The notes below the pieces were generated by a model. That model had not been told where the DNA came from. It saw only the letters and a program-made list of their open reading frames with translations, and searched no databases. DNA of 64,000 nt. Origin: a virus. The DNA is taken from IMG/VR virus record IMGVR_UViG_3300028392_000034, positions 84,971 to 148,970 of that record; one strand, given 5' to 3'. Both the position numbers and the translations under genes were made by a program. Positions 55,160 to 64,000 of the stretch are shown piece after piece; the stretch's first letter is position 1; each line of letters opens with the position of its first letter.

Positions 55160-57436
55160 ATGCAAAACAATCCCGAAATTGAACAAATAGTCGATGCCGC
55201 AGTCAAAATGGCACGTGATAGTCATCATGAATATGTAATGACTGAACATGTGTTGTTGTCGTTAATTAAACATGATCCTTTCTGTCGTGTATTAGACAAG
55301 TTCGGCACTGACACAGGACGACTACAACAAGAGCTAGAATCTTATCTCAGTGGTATAGTCACAATAGTTGCAGCAACTCCAGTTCCACCCAAGAAAACCA
55401 ATGCGCTGGAACGTGTGTTTAATCGCGCACTAACACAGGTGCTGTTTACTGGTCGCAGAAGTGTTAGCACCTTGGATTTATACTTGGCCATAATGAGCGA
55501 GACCAATAGTCATGCACACTATTTCTTGCTTAAATTTGGAGTGAAAAAACAAGAATTTGCAGAATTTTATCAAACCAATTATAAACAAAGTGATGTTCGA
55601 CTCACTGACCAACAGGCAACAGAAATACTGGCCGAGCACTGTGTTAATTTGACTGACTTGGCCAGAGAAGATCGATTAGAGCCCATGATTGGCCGCACCG
55701 ACGAACTAGATGAAATGATCACAGTGTTGGCCCGCAAGTTCAAAGCCAATGTGCTGATGGTAGGCGATCCTGGTGTGGGTAAAACTGCCATCGTCGAAGG
55801 CCTAGCGCAGGAAATGCAGGCCAACCGTGTTCCAGCATTCCTTAAAGGACACGAACTGTGGAGTTTAGAAGTAGGAAGCCTGTTGGCTGGATCCAAGTAT
55901 CGCGGCGAGTTTGAAGAAAAGTTCAAGGCCGTTATTACTGCACTTGAAACCAAGAAAAACTGTATCTTGTTTGTGGACGAAGCACACACTATGCAAGGCG
56001 CAGGTGCCAGCAGTCAAGGCAGTTTAGACATGGCCAATATGCTTAAACCTGCCATCACTAGAGGCAATATCAAAGTGGTAGCGTCAACCACCTGGGAAGA
56101 ATACTACGAATCATTTGAAAAAGATCGTGCGTTGATGCGTCGCTTCCATCGGGTCAGCATTGATGAACCTGATGCAGTAACAACAGAGCAAATCCTTATT
56201 GGACTTAGCCCACGATTGGAATCGTTTCACAATGTGTTGATTGACACCGAAGCTATCACAGCCGCAGTTCACTTGAGTGGACGTTACATACACGATCGTA
56301 AAAATCCCGACAAATCAATTGATCTATTAGACGGTGCCTGTGCCAAGGAACGTGTACGAGATGCGGGCAATGTAACTGTCAACAAGCAAATGATCATGGA
56401 GCAATTGAGTCGAGTTACCGCGGTTCCTTTGGATCGATTGGAGAATGAACGCAGTGCCAAGATTGTTGATTTAGAAACCAACATCAAGCAAAAATTATAT
56501 GGACAAGATGCGGCAGTGGATCGTGTGCTGGAACGTGTGTATATCAACTTCAGTGGCATCGGCAATGCCAAGCGTCCTATTGCCAGTTTCTTGTTCTTGG
56601 GCCCAACTGGCACAGGTAAAACAGAGTTGGCTAAATTGCTCGGTGAGCATCTAGATATGAAACTGCTCAAGTATGATATGAGTGAATACCAAGAACGTCA
56701 TACTGTGTCGGGTCTCATTGGTGCTCCTCCAGGCTATGTGGGTTTTGAGTCCGGCACAGTGGGCGGCGGTAAACTGATCAGTGATGTAAGTAAAAATCCG
56801 TTTAGTATCTTGCTGTTTGATGAAATCGAAAAGGCACACCCTGACGTGATCAACATCATGTTGCAGATGTTGGATGAAGCACGTATTACATCAAGCAGTG
56901 GCAAAACAGTGGATCTTAAAAACTGTATCATTATTATGACATCAAACTTGGGTGCCAGAGACAATGAAAACAACAACATTGGATTTGGACAAAGTTTAGA
57001 ACGCACTGGCAGTGAAGAAAAAGCCATGAAAGAGTTCTTTAAGCCCGAGCTACGCAACCGTATTGACTGTGTGTGTAAGTTTGACAAGTTAGATACATTG
57101 GCCATCAAGAAGGTTGTGCTTAAATTTGTCGACGAACTCAAAGATAGTTTGTTAAACAAAAACATCCGGTTAAACTTGACCGAGTCAGTGATTGACATGT
57201 TGGCTGACAAAGGTTACGACAGCAAAATGGGTGCTAGACCACTGGGCCGTAAAATTGACGAATTAATCCGTGTGCCGCTTAGTAAGCGTATCTTGTTTGA
57301 TCGCCTGGACAACTGCACTATAACTGCCACAATGGTCGAAGATACTGTTGAATTTGATATTGAACCTCTGGTGCTGGCTCCTACAGTAGACAAAGACGGA
57401 TACATCGTGCTCAACCAAACAGGCGCAAATGTTTAA
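55160..57436 (+). CDS. clpA: ATP-dependent Clp protease ATPase subunit ClpA
   Basis: Two AAA+ modules (GDPGVGKT, GPTGTGKT), KYRG, GYVG, IGF loop; no long middle domain. Confidence 0.93.
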   Translation: MQNNPEIEQIVDAAVKMARDSHHEYVMTEHVLLSLIKHDPFCRVLDKFGTDTGRLQQELESYLSGIVTIVAATPVPPKKTNALERVFNRALTQVLFTGRRSVSTLDLYLAIMSETNSHAHYFLLKFGVKKQEFAEFYQTNYKQSDVRLTDQQATEILAEHCVNLTDLAREDRLEPMIGRTDELDEMITVLARKFKANVLMVGDPGVGKTAIVEGLAQEMQANRVPAFLKGHELWSLEVGSLLAGSKYRGEFEEKFKAVITALETKKNCILFVDEAHTMQGAGASSQGSLDMANMLKPAITRGNIKVVASTTWEEYYESFEKDRALMRRFHRVSIDEPDAVTTEQILIGLSPRLESFHNVLIDTEAITAAVHLSGRYIHDRKNPDKSIDLLDGACAKERVRDAGNVTVNKQMIMEQLSRVTAVPLDRLENERSAKIVDLETNIKQKLYGQDAAVDRVLERVYINFSGIGNAKRPIASFLFLGPTGTGKTELAKLLGEHLDMKLLKYDMSEYQERHTVSGLIGAPPGYVGFESGTVGGGKLISDVSKNPFSILLFDEIEKAHPDVINIMLQMLDEARITSSSGKTVDLKNCIIIMTSNLGARDNENNNIGFGQSLERTGSEEKAMKEFFKPELRNRIDCVCKFDKLDTLAIKKVVLKFVDELKDSLLNKNIRLNLTESVIDMLADKGYDSKMGARPLGRKIDELIRVPLSKRILFDRLDNCTITATMVEDTVEFDIEPLVLAPTVDKDGYIVLNQTGANV

Positions 57437-58106
57437 ACCTGTTGTCAAAGATCGATTATTTTACAGTCAATTTGAGTATTGCGTAAGGTTTCATTTGGAA
57501 GAAGTTAGTTGTTTAAGAACTCTGGAACATGCACACATTGACAGTATGATTGAGCGTAGGATTGCCTGGCGGTCAATAAGTCAAACTATGAATAACCGAC
57601 CACTTGTGACACAATTATCCAATCAGTCAAATAAAATTACCGAAACAACAGTTAAAAATTTGCACGTATTGGCTGATGTATTATTGACTACGCCAGCAAA
57701 TTTTAAGTTGGTAGTTAGTGCGTTCACTGGGTATGTTTACGCTAACGATCGAATGTTAATTGATCAAGTGGCTAAATTACCAGGCGTGTCTTACGTTGAA
57801 TATAGTCAAGCTGTTGTGAGTCGCCCTAGAAATACAATTCAATTACGAGATCCCAAATATCAATGGCGCAGTTATTTTAAAGTAGGCAAATTAACTGCCG
57901 AGCAAAAAACTCATTTAAAAAACTTTTTAGCAAATCAGTCCGGTATTAGAATTAGTCCTGCACTAAAAAATTGGATCAATTTTAAATATACACGAACACA
58001 AGATTATTTCTTCATTGATTATAATGAACCCGTTTGGTTGACCATGTTGAGTTTGGTGGTGCCGGGACTAATAAGAAAAACATTAGAAATAATCCCGGCT
58101 AAATAG
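57429..58106 (+). CDS. Hypothetical protein
   Basis: 225 aa overlapping clpA stop. Confidence 0.7.
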   Translation: MFKPVVKDRLFYSQFEYCVRFHLEEVSCLRTLEHAHIDSMIERRIAWRSISQTMNNRPLVTQLSNQSNKITETTVKNLHVLADVLLTTPANFKLVVSAFTGYVYANDRMLIDQVAKLPGVSYVEYSQAVVSRPRNTIQLRDPKYQWRSYFKVGKLTAEQKTHLKNFLANQSGIRISPALKNWINFKYTRTQDYFFIDYNEPVWLTMLSLVVPGLIRKTLEIIPAK

Positions 58107-58112
58107 TTGACT

Positions 58113-58277
58113 ATGGCTAAAATACACGAAGAATTAGTTGTGATCAAACTATCAAAATTGATTAAAGATGCTGCCCCAGGTGGTAAACTTTCTACAGACG
58201 ATATGTTAATTGCTTTGCAAGCAATAGCAGAAGAACTGGCTGGGTCAGACATCATTGTGGAAATTCAACAAGTATGA
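58113..58277 (+). CDS. Small late protein, 54 aa
   Basis: Manual: MAKIHEELVVIKLSKLIKD...IVEIQQV*; TAAATA 7 nt upstream; ATGA-coupled. Confidence 0.7.
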   Translation: MAKIHEELVVIKLSKLIKDAAPGGKLSTDDMLIALQAIAEELAGSDIIVEIQQV

Positions 58278-58636
58278 CCGCATATACTACACAAACACTA
58301 GTGCCGTTTTTGCAACAAGGCATACCGGGCAATGGTTATGCTGGTGGCAATACGTTTGTTAGTAATGCAGTTCCTGCTGCCAACTACTACGGTGGACAAG
58401 GTGCTATTCAAACTTTAACAGCCAATGTGGCAGGTTTTCAAGGTAATATCTCCGTGGAAGCTACTTTAAATGATCTTCAAGATTCAGCACCTTGGTTTGA
58501 AATAGCCAATGTGATTGCGGCCAATGTGGCGACCCAAATTACTAGCAACACTGTAATTGGCAATTTTACTTGGCTACGAGCAACCATTACTGATTTTGCT
58601 GCCGGCAATATAAACACCGTTACTGCAGCGTATTAA
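58274..58636 (+). CDS. Putative virion beta-sandwich protein
   Basis: FQGNISVEATL...WFEI...GNFTWLRA. Confidence 0.65.
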   Translation: MTAYTTQTLVPFLQQGIPGNGYAGGNTFVSNAVPAANYYGGQGAIQTLTANVAGFQGNISVEATLNDLQDSAPWFEIANVIAANVATQITSNTVIGNFTWLRATITDFAAGNINTVTAAY

Positions 58637-59074
58637 ATGACAAACACTATCAGTATCTCTTTTAATTTAAACACCTCTGACAGTCGAGCTGAATTGGGGT
58701 TCGAAGCCTGGGTCGACGATGAAAAATTTGTTGATATCAATCATGTGCAAGGCCAGCAACTGATCAAAATAGACATCAACGACGCCGACGGTGATCATGA
58801 ATTGCGGCTGATATTAAAGAACAAAACGGAAACGCATACTAAAATAGATGAGCAAGGTAATATTGTGTCAGATGCAACATTGTCTATTTCCAATTTGGCA
58901 TTTGATGAAATTAAACTTGGGCATATGGTAACCAAGTTGGCCACGTATGATCACAATTTTAACGGTACAAAAGAACTGGTACAGGATCAATTCTATGGCG
59001 AAATGGGTTGTAACGGTGTAGTTGGTTTACGATTTACCACGCCTATATACCTGTGGTTGCTAGAAAACATGTAA
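58637..59074 (+). CDS. Hypothetical protein
   Basis: MGCNG...FTTPIYLWLLENM. Confidence 0.7.
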   Translation: MTNTISISFNLNTSDSRAELGFEAWVDDEKFVDINHVQGQQLIKIDINDADGDHELRLILKNKTETHTKIDEQGNIVSDATLSISNLAFDEIKLGHMVTKLATYDHNFNGTKELVQDQFYGEMGCNGVVGLRFTTPIYLWLLENM

Positions 59075-59090
59075 CCATAAATATATTACA

Positions 59091-59864
59091 ATGAATTATC
59101 TTGTAATATATCCTGGGCGCTTCCATCCTTTTCACCTGGGCCACATGGCCAGTTACGATTGGCTGACCAACAAGTTTGGCGAAAACAGTGTATATATTGC
59201 CAGTAGTAGTGTGCAGGCCGCAGACACAAGTCCGTTTAGTTTCGGTGACAAAGTCGCAATGATGACCAAACTGGGTGTTCCGCCCGGGCATGTGGTCAAT
59301 GTCAAAAACCCGTACCAAGCTGTAGAAATTACATCCGGCTTGTCGGCCGAAGAAAAGGCCGACACAGCACTGATATTTGCTGTCAGCGCCAAGGATGCCG
59401 AACGTTTTAACTTTGCTCCTAAAAAAGACGGATCTGCTAGTTACTTACAACCTTTGCCCGACAACGAAAAAGGCATGATGCCCATGACTCAACATGGGTA
59501 TGTTGTGGTGACTCCTACTGTGAACTTTCGAGTACGAGGTGTAGATGCCAATAGTGCTAGCCAAATTCGCAAATTGTATTTGGATGGCAACGATAGTGAT
59601 CGTGATCAAATTATAACAGACCTATATGGCACACCAGATCCAGAGCTACGAGACATGTTTGATCAACGATTAGGAGTAAATCAACCTGAAGAAGGTGTCA
59701 TATACGGACAGGAAGCAGTATTCGCCGGCGATAATCCTGTGAGTGTGATGCGTGAGCACAAGTTGGCTCGAATACAAGAAAATATTCAATGGCTAAAGAG
59801 CAAAATCAAAACCGTTAAGGACGGTCAAGACTATATTGACGAACGCAAGACTAGGAAAAAATAG
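59091..59864 (+). CDS. Cytidylyltransferase-like (HxGH) protein
   Basis: YPGRFHPFHLGH, SASQIR; TAAATA 7 nt upstream. Confidence 0.85.
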   Translation: MNYLVIYPGRFHPFHLGHMASYDWLTNKFGENSVYIASSSVQAADTSPFSFGDKVAMMTKLGVPPGHVVNVKNPYQAVEITSGLSAEEKADTALIFAVSAKDAERFNFAPKKDGSASYLQPLPDNEKGMMPMTQHGYVVVTPTVNFRVRGVDANSASQIRKLYLDGNDSDRDQIITDLYGTPDPELRDMFDQRLGVNQPEEGVIYGQEAVFAGDNPVSVMREHKLARIQENIQWLKSKIKTVKDGQDYIDERKTRKK

Positions 59865-59878
59865 CCGTGTGTGTTATA

Positions 59879-59910
59879 CTCTATTAAATATCATACACTT
59901 TAATAGAGGA
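59879..59910 (+). promoter_or_regulatory. Late promoter in a perfect 10-bp hairpin over the RBS
   Basis: CTCTATTAAA-N10-TTTAATAGAG; TAAATA 59885-59890; GAGGA 59906-59910. Confidence 0.7.
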
Positions 59911-59914
59911 ACTT

Positions 59915-60781
59915 ATGGCTGAAACCCAAGACGCAACACCAACAACACAAGCACCGGCATTACAGCCAGGTCAACAACAGATCCAAGTCAACGTTGACTA
60001 TTTAAAAACTACCCGTGTGCATATTTGTATGCCGTGTTATGGTGGCATGCTAACAGAATCGACATTTATGAGCTACATCAAGTGGGCCAACACTTGTCGT
60101 CAATTGGGCATTGATTGGACCATGGAAACCATGACCAATGAAAGTTTGATCAGTCGTGCTAGAAATACGCTCACAGCCAAGTTCCTGCACAACAAAGAAA
60201 GCACTCACTTGATGTTTGTTGATGCTGACATTGGTTGGGAACCCTGGCACCTGCTGGTCATGCTGAACGCACAAAAAGATGTCATTGGTGGATTATATCC
60301 AATGAAATCGTTGCCGGTCAAATGGTGTGTGAACGGATTTGATGGTGCAGAAGTGTCAGAAGACGGCACCTTACAAGAAGTCAGCAAAACTGGCACAGGT
60401 TTCATGTTGATCAAGCGTGATGTATTTGAGAAACTAAATGCTCATCCTGCTACCAAACCTTTTATCAACGACATTGGTTTGCCTGCAGAACTCAATCCTT
60501 ACATGAAAACTTACTTTGACACAGCAGTGCGCGAAAATCGCTACTACAGTGAAGACTGGACATTCTGTGAAAACTGGCGTGACATCGGCGGTAAAGTTTG
60601 GGTGGACAAACGTGTCCTGCTTAAACACACCGGAACCTACGTATTTGACTTCCAGACACAGGATCAACTTTACAAAGATCTGCATAATTTGGCCATGTCT
60701 AATGGACAAGCCCTAAGCAATACACCGCCTGCACCAGTTGAAGCCACAGTGCTAGCCTCAAGCAAGAAAAAGAAAAAATAA
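59915..60781 (+). CDS. GT-A fold glycosyltransferase-like protein
   Basis: ESLISRARN, MFVDAD (DxD), GTGFMLI, SEDWTFC, H. Confidence 0.8.
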   Translation: MAETQDATPTTQAPALQPGQQQIQVNVDYLKTTRVHICMPCYGGMLTESTFMSYIKWANTCRQLGIDWTMETMTNESLISRARNTLTAKFLHNKESTHLMFVDADIGWEPWHLLVMLNAQKDVIGGLYPMKSLPVKWCVNGFDGAEVSEDGTLQEVSKTGTGFMLIKRDVFEKLNAHPATKPFINDIGLPAELNPYMKTYFDTAVRENRYYSEDWTFCENWRDIGGKVWVDKRVLLKHTGTYVFDFQTQDQLYKDLHNLAMSNGQALSNTPPAPVEATVLASSKKKKK

Positions 60782-60804
60782 ATTAATTTTTGTTTGTTCT
60801 ACAC

Positions 60805-60830
60805 AGGCCGCTAAGTTAGCGGCTTTTGTT
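60805..60830 (+). terminator. Intrinsic terminator
   Basis: GCCGCTA-AGT-TAGCGGC-TTTTGTTT. Confidence 0.8.
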
Positions 60831-60849
60831 TATCCGGTAAATACTATCT

Positions 60850-63800
60850 ATGAACATCACGGAATTAAACTCATATAATCTTGACGACGCTGTTAAATTC
60901 AATGATCAATTGAATCCACGCTTGTGGGACAATCGTGAGCATTTGCGCCCCGAAGTGCGCGAACGCTTGCTGGAAATAGCCGACGACTTTCGTGAGTTTT
61001 TGGGTGTAACAGATCTAGCAATTAAGGACATTACCATCAGCGGATCAAATGCGGCTTATACATATACGCCCAACAGTGATATCGACCTACACTTGGTAGT
61101 AGACATGCCAGATAATCCTGTTTACCGTGAACTGTTTGATGCCAAAAAGTTTCAGTATAACGAACAACACGATATTAAAATTGGTGGCGCCGATGTAGAA
61201 CTATATGTGCAAGATGCCGACAAGCCGCACGTCAGTCAGGGCATATATTCTATACTAAACAACGACTGGTTACAGGTTCCACGTAGAGTACGGAGTGTAG
61301 TGGATGATACCAGCACCCGCAACAAGTTTGAAAAAGTTGGCCGGCAAATTGAATCGGCCATTAAGTCCGGTAATTTAAAACGCATAACACGTTTAGCGGA
61401 AAAAATTAAAAAGATGCGTCAGACTGGATTGGAAAATCACGGTGAGTTTGGTCCAGAAAATTTAGCATTTAAAATGTTGCGTAGTCAGGGTTTGATTAAA
61501 CAGTTATACGATGCCCGCAATACGGCCAAGGATAGAGAATTTAGTCTCAAAGAAAAAGCAGTTGTACCACGAACAACATATGGCTTCCGCACTCCTACTG
61601 TAGTCGAAGCTGATACAGTGGCGCTTGAAGAAGCGTCGGTACCGTCAGATGAAGCAATACTCAAAGACTTTATTGGTTTCTGTGTTGCTGAACTGAAGAT
61701 CAAATCCATGCCCACAATCAAACTGCGTCGAGATCCGCAATGGCCTGTGACACACACCACCTTTGGCCGCTACATCAATGATCAACACCTGTTGGAAGTG
61801 GCCTGGGGCGATCGTCACATCATGGATGTGCTGCGCACTGTGGCACATGAACTCACACACAAACATCAACACGAGCGTGATGGCAAGCGCATGGATAGCA
61901 CTGCTGGCGAAACTGGATCACCATGGGAAAATGAAGCCAATGCCAGAGCCGGCATACTCATGCGTGACTATGCTAGAATGCATCCAGAATACTTTGCTGT
62001 GGGCCAAGCCGATGATTTACATGCCGACGAAGTTCACGAAAGTGCATCAGGTTATATTCCTACCAAGCGGCAGGCTAAAGATCCACGCTATAGTATGGCG
62101 CTCACGGTGGACATTAAACCAGGACAAGTGGGCCGAGAAGCCAATAAATTAAAACTCAAGACCGACAGTCAAGGTCATCCACAGATAGCCAACCCCAATG
62201 GTCTGTTTGAACAGTTGGCAACAGAACTGGATCATTTCAAACAGCAAGATCTATTTGAAATCAACATGGGGAGCAAGAACCTGCGCAGAGAGGCTGCTAA
62301 AACCGGTGCCATTGCAGGCATGGAATTTGAAATGATTGTGCCCAATGTTGAAGGCAGTGGGGACGAAGATTTAGAACCTGACTATGACATGGACGAGCGT
62401 TGCCGTAGCATACAGGATGCCTATGACTTTTTCTATGATGGTGACTACAACAGTCGCCGTGATTGTGATCGTATGCGTGAAAAAATGCACGAGGACTATT
62501 TAGAGTGGTTGGATGACAAAATAGCCACGGACTGGACACGAGGTGGTGAGGAATACATTGCTGAATGGGTCAAGAACAATGTGGATGAATCTGTATGGAA
62601 TCCCGACGATTTGGCGGGTGATGCTCGCAACGAAGCCTTGGAAGAATATGCAGCCAATATTCATGCTGACCCTGATAGTAGAGACTATGAATCAGCCTAT
62701 GAAGAGTTCCGTGAAGAAAATCAAGAAAGTTATGATGAAAGCGACTGGTTGGATGATGCAGATCTAGATCGCATGAGTTATGTTGAAGGTTCATACAGTA
62801 TGAATTGGCCGCACTGGCGATCACAAGGCGGTGGCGAAGCTAACATTGAAGATGTGGCACAAGAGTTTGAAAATGCCATTGGGCGTGATGTTAGAGCCAG
62901 TGGCAACTATCATTCAGGCTCGGTGATCAGACCCAGTCCTACACAGTTGCGTTATGTGGTTGAACCCGATGGCAGTTTAGAACCGGACAATTCCGGCGAC
63001 CAAGGCTTGGAGTTTGTATCACCACCCTTGCCCATTGATGAAATACTAGGTGACCTAAACAAGGTCCGGGCCTGGGCCAAAGAATATGGTTGCTATACCA
63101 ATGATTCAACCGGCTTGCACATCAACATCTCAGTGCCCGACTATAGTAGACAGAAACTAGACTTTGTGAAACTGGCCTTGCTCATGGGCGACAATTATGT
63201 GTTGGATGCATTTGGGCGTGCCGGCAATACCTATGCCAAGTCAGCCTTGGACATTGTTAAAAAAGCCGTACGTGACAATCCTGACAATGCGGCCAAACTG
63301 TTGGACAAGATGAAGGGCAACATGGACCAGTTGGCCAGCAAGGCCATACACTCAGGTATCACCAGCAAGTATACGTCAATCAACACCAAGGACGGACACA
63401 TTGAATTCCGCTCACCCGGCGGTGACTGGTTGGATGAGAACTTTGATCAAATTGAAAACACTCTATTGCGTTTCACAGTGGCTATGAGTGCGGCACTTGA
63501 TCCTGATGCATACCGCCAAGAATATTTGACTAAACTATACAAGTTGTTGAGCGACGGTAACAAAGATGTTGACACTATCCGATACTTCAGTGACTATGTG
63601 GCTGGCAAGATTCCCAAAGCTGCACTGAGAAGCTTTGTCAAACAAGCACAACTACAACGCAATATCAAGCGTGGCAAGCATGACGGCCAAAAAATGTGGT
63701 GGAAAGTTTACAAATACGGCAAGAATGCTGGCCAATATAGTTACACAGTGGAAGTGGTTGCTACCTCAGAAGAAGAAGCCAAACAGAAGGCTGCAAAAGA

Positions 63801-63999
63801 ATGGGGCGAACCGCTCTTGGTCAACACTCTGGCTCAAATGGATGCTGAAGTTTTACGGCCCTACGATGAACAACCAGACAAACCTGGCGCAACACAGACC
63901 GGCACAGGAACCTATGAACTGTTCGATAGACGCACTGGTGAGGTAATTCCCGACACTGAATTCTCTGCTCGCAATCAATCAGATGTAAACACAAGATTA
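60850..63999 (+). CDS. Multidomain polyprotein >1050 aa (nucleotidyltransferase + zincin + amidoligase), runs off window end
   Basis: Not in ORF track; manual translation: SGSNA...SDIDLH...VELY; HELTH...ENEANA; GMEFE...PDGSL...LEFVSPP...GLHIN...IEFRSPG. Confidence 0.88.
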   Translation, partial: MNITELNSYNLDDAVKFNDQLNPRLWDNREHLRPEVRERLLEIADDFREFLGVTDLAIKDITISGSNAAYTYTPNSDIDLHLVVDMPDNPVYRELFDAKKFQYNEQHDIKIGGADVELYVQDADKPHVSQGIYSILNNDWLQVPRRVRSVVDDTSTRNKFEKVGRQIESAIKSGNLKRITRLAEKIKKMRQTGLENHGEFGPENLAFKMLRSQGLIKQLYDARNTAKDREFSLKEKAVVPRTTYGFRTPTVVEADTVALEEASVPSDEAILKDFIGFCVAELKIKSMPTIKLRRDPQWPVTHTTFGRYINDQHLLEVAWGDRHIMDVLRTVAHELTHKHQHERDGKRMDSTAGETGSPWENEANARAGILMRDYARMHPEYFAVGQADDLHADEVHESASGYIPTKRQAKDPRYSMALTVDIKPGQVGREANKLKLKTDSQGHPQIANPNGLFEQLATELDHFKQQDLFEINMGSKNLRREAAKTGAIAGMEFEMIVPNVEGSGDEDLEPDYDMDERCRSIQDAYDFFYDGDYNSRRDCDRMREKMHEDYLEWLDDKIATDWTRGGEEYIAEWVKNNVDESVWNPDDLAGDARNEALEEYAANIHADPDSRDYESAYEEFREENQESYDESDWLDDADLDRMSYVEGSYSMNWPHWRSQGGGEANIEDVAQEFENAIGRDVRASGNYHSGSVIRPSPTQLRYVVEPDGSLEPDNSGDQGLEFVSPPLPIDEILGDLNKVRAWAKEYGCYTNDSTGLHINISVPDYSRQKLDFVKLALLMGDNYVLDAFGRAGNTYAKSALDIVKKAVRDNPDNAAKLLDKMKGNMDQLASKAIHSGITSKYTSINTKDGHIEFRSPGGDWLDENFDQIENTLLRFTVAMSAALDPDAYRQEYLTKLYKLLSDGNKDVDTIRYFSDYVAGKIPKAALRSFVKQAQLQRNIKRGKHDGQKMWWKVYKYGKNAGQYSYTVEVVATSEEEAKQKAAKEWGEPLLVNTLAQMDAEVLRPYDEQPDKPGATQTGTGTYELFDRRTGEVIPDTEFSARNQSDVNTRL

Positions 64000-64000
64000 G

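Noticed and set aside
61485-63946. Short ORFs listed at the window end
   Set aside because: Off-frame or antisense to the single frame starting at 60850
1-64000. Stop-codon reassignment
   Set aside because: Recognisable genes are full length in code 11, and TAA, TAG and TGA all end genes
1-64000. Bacterial chromosome or prophage origin given clpA, dnaJ, infA, ahpCD
   Set aside because: These genes are interleaved with virion, lysis and clamp-loader genes and phage-type promoters; no integrase or host operon context

Overview
This is 64 kb of a densely coding, mostly + strand, large T4-like (probably jumbo) myophage genome. The Bug/TctC gene and a two-component spanin point to a Gram-negative, possibly betaproteobacterial host (inference). 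Layout: (1) a truncated tail-fibre gene on the - strand (1-3148); (2) an early accessory region of small genes under near-consensus sigma70 promoters, many apparently leaderless (3.3-25.8 kb), which includes a ParB/DGQHR + nuclease + REase-like + DNA MTase cluster, ahpC/ahpD split by an HNH homing endonuclease, repeated 30-nt promoter-RBS modules, an entericidin-like lipoprotein, an Hc1-like protein and a structured RNA before a SleB hydrolase; (3) infA, sod, erpA; (4) baseplate/tail genes (27-35 kb), with a glycine-rich gene split by a 'GGKIICT' module; (5) a DnaE fragment, GroES-like protein and clamp loader; (6) a modification island (38.8-52 kb) of radical SAM, SGNH-like, PhoH and methyltransferase genes ending in an 8-gene operon (diiron ferritin-like, GATase, Bug/TctC, two sulfotransferase-like proteins, a 2OG-Fe hydroxylase, an APS kinase-HxGH nucleotidyltransferase fusion, DUF2061) that looks like a phage sulfation pathway; (7) a lysis cassette, DnaJ and ClpA; (8) late genes ending in a truncated >1050-aa polyprotein (nucleotidyltransferase + zincin + amidoligase) with possible prohead-protease sites in its linkers. 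I found no CRISPR array, canonical tRNA, rRNA or integrase. All calls come from motif recognition by eye; no searches were run. The best candidates for an undescribed system are the sulfation operon, the polyprotein, the split glycine-rich gene and the structured RNA.
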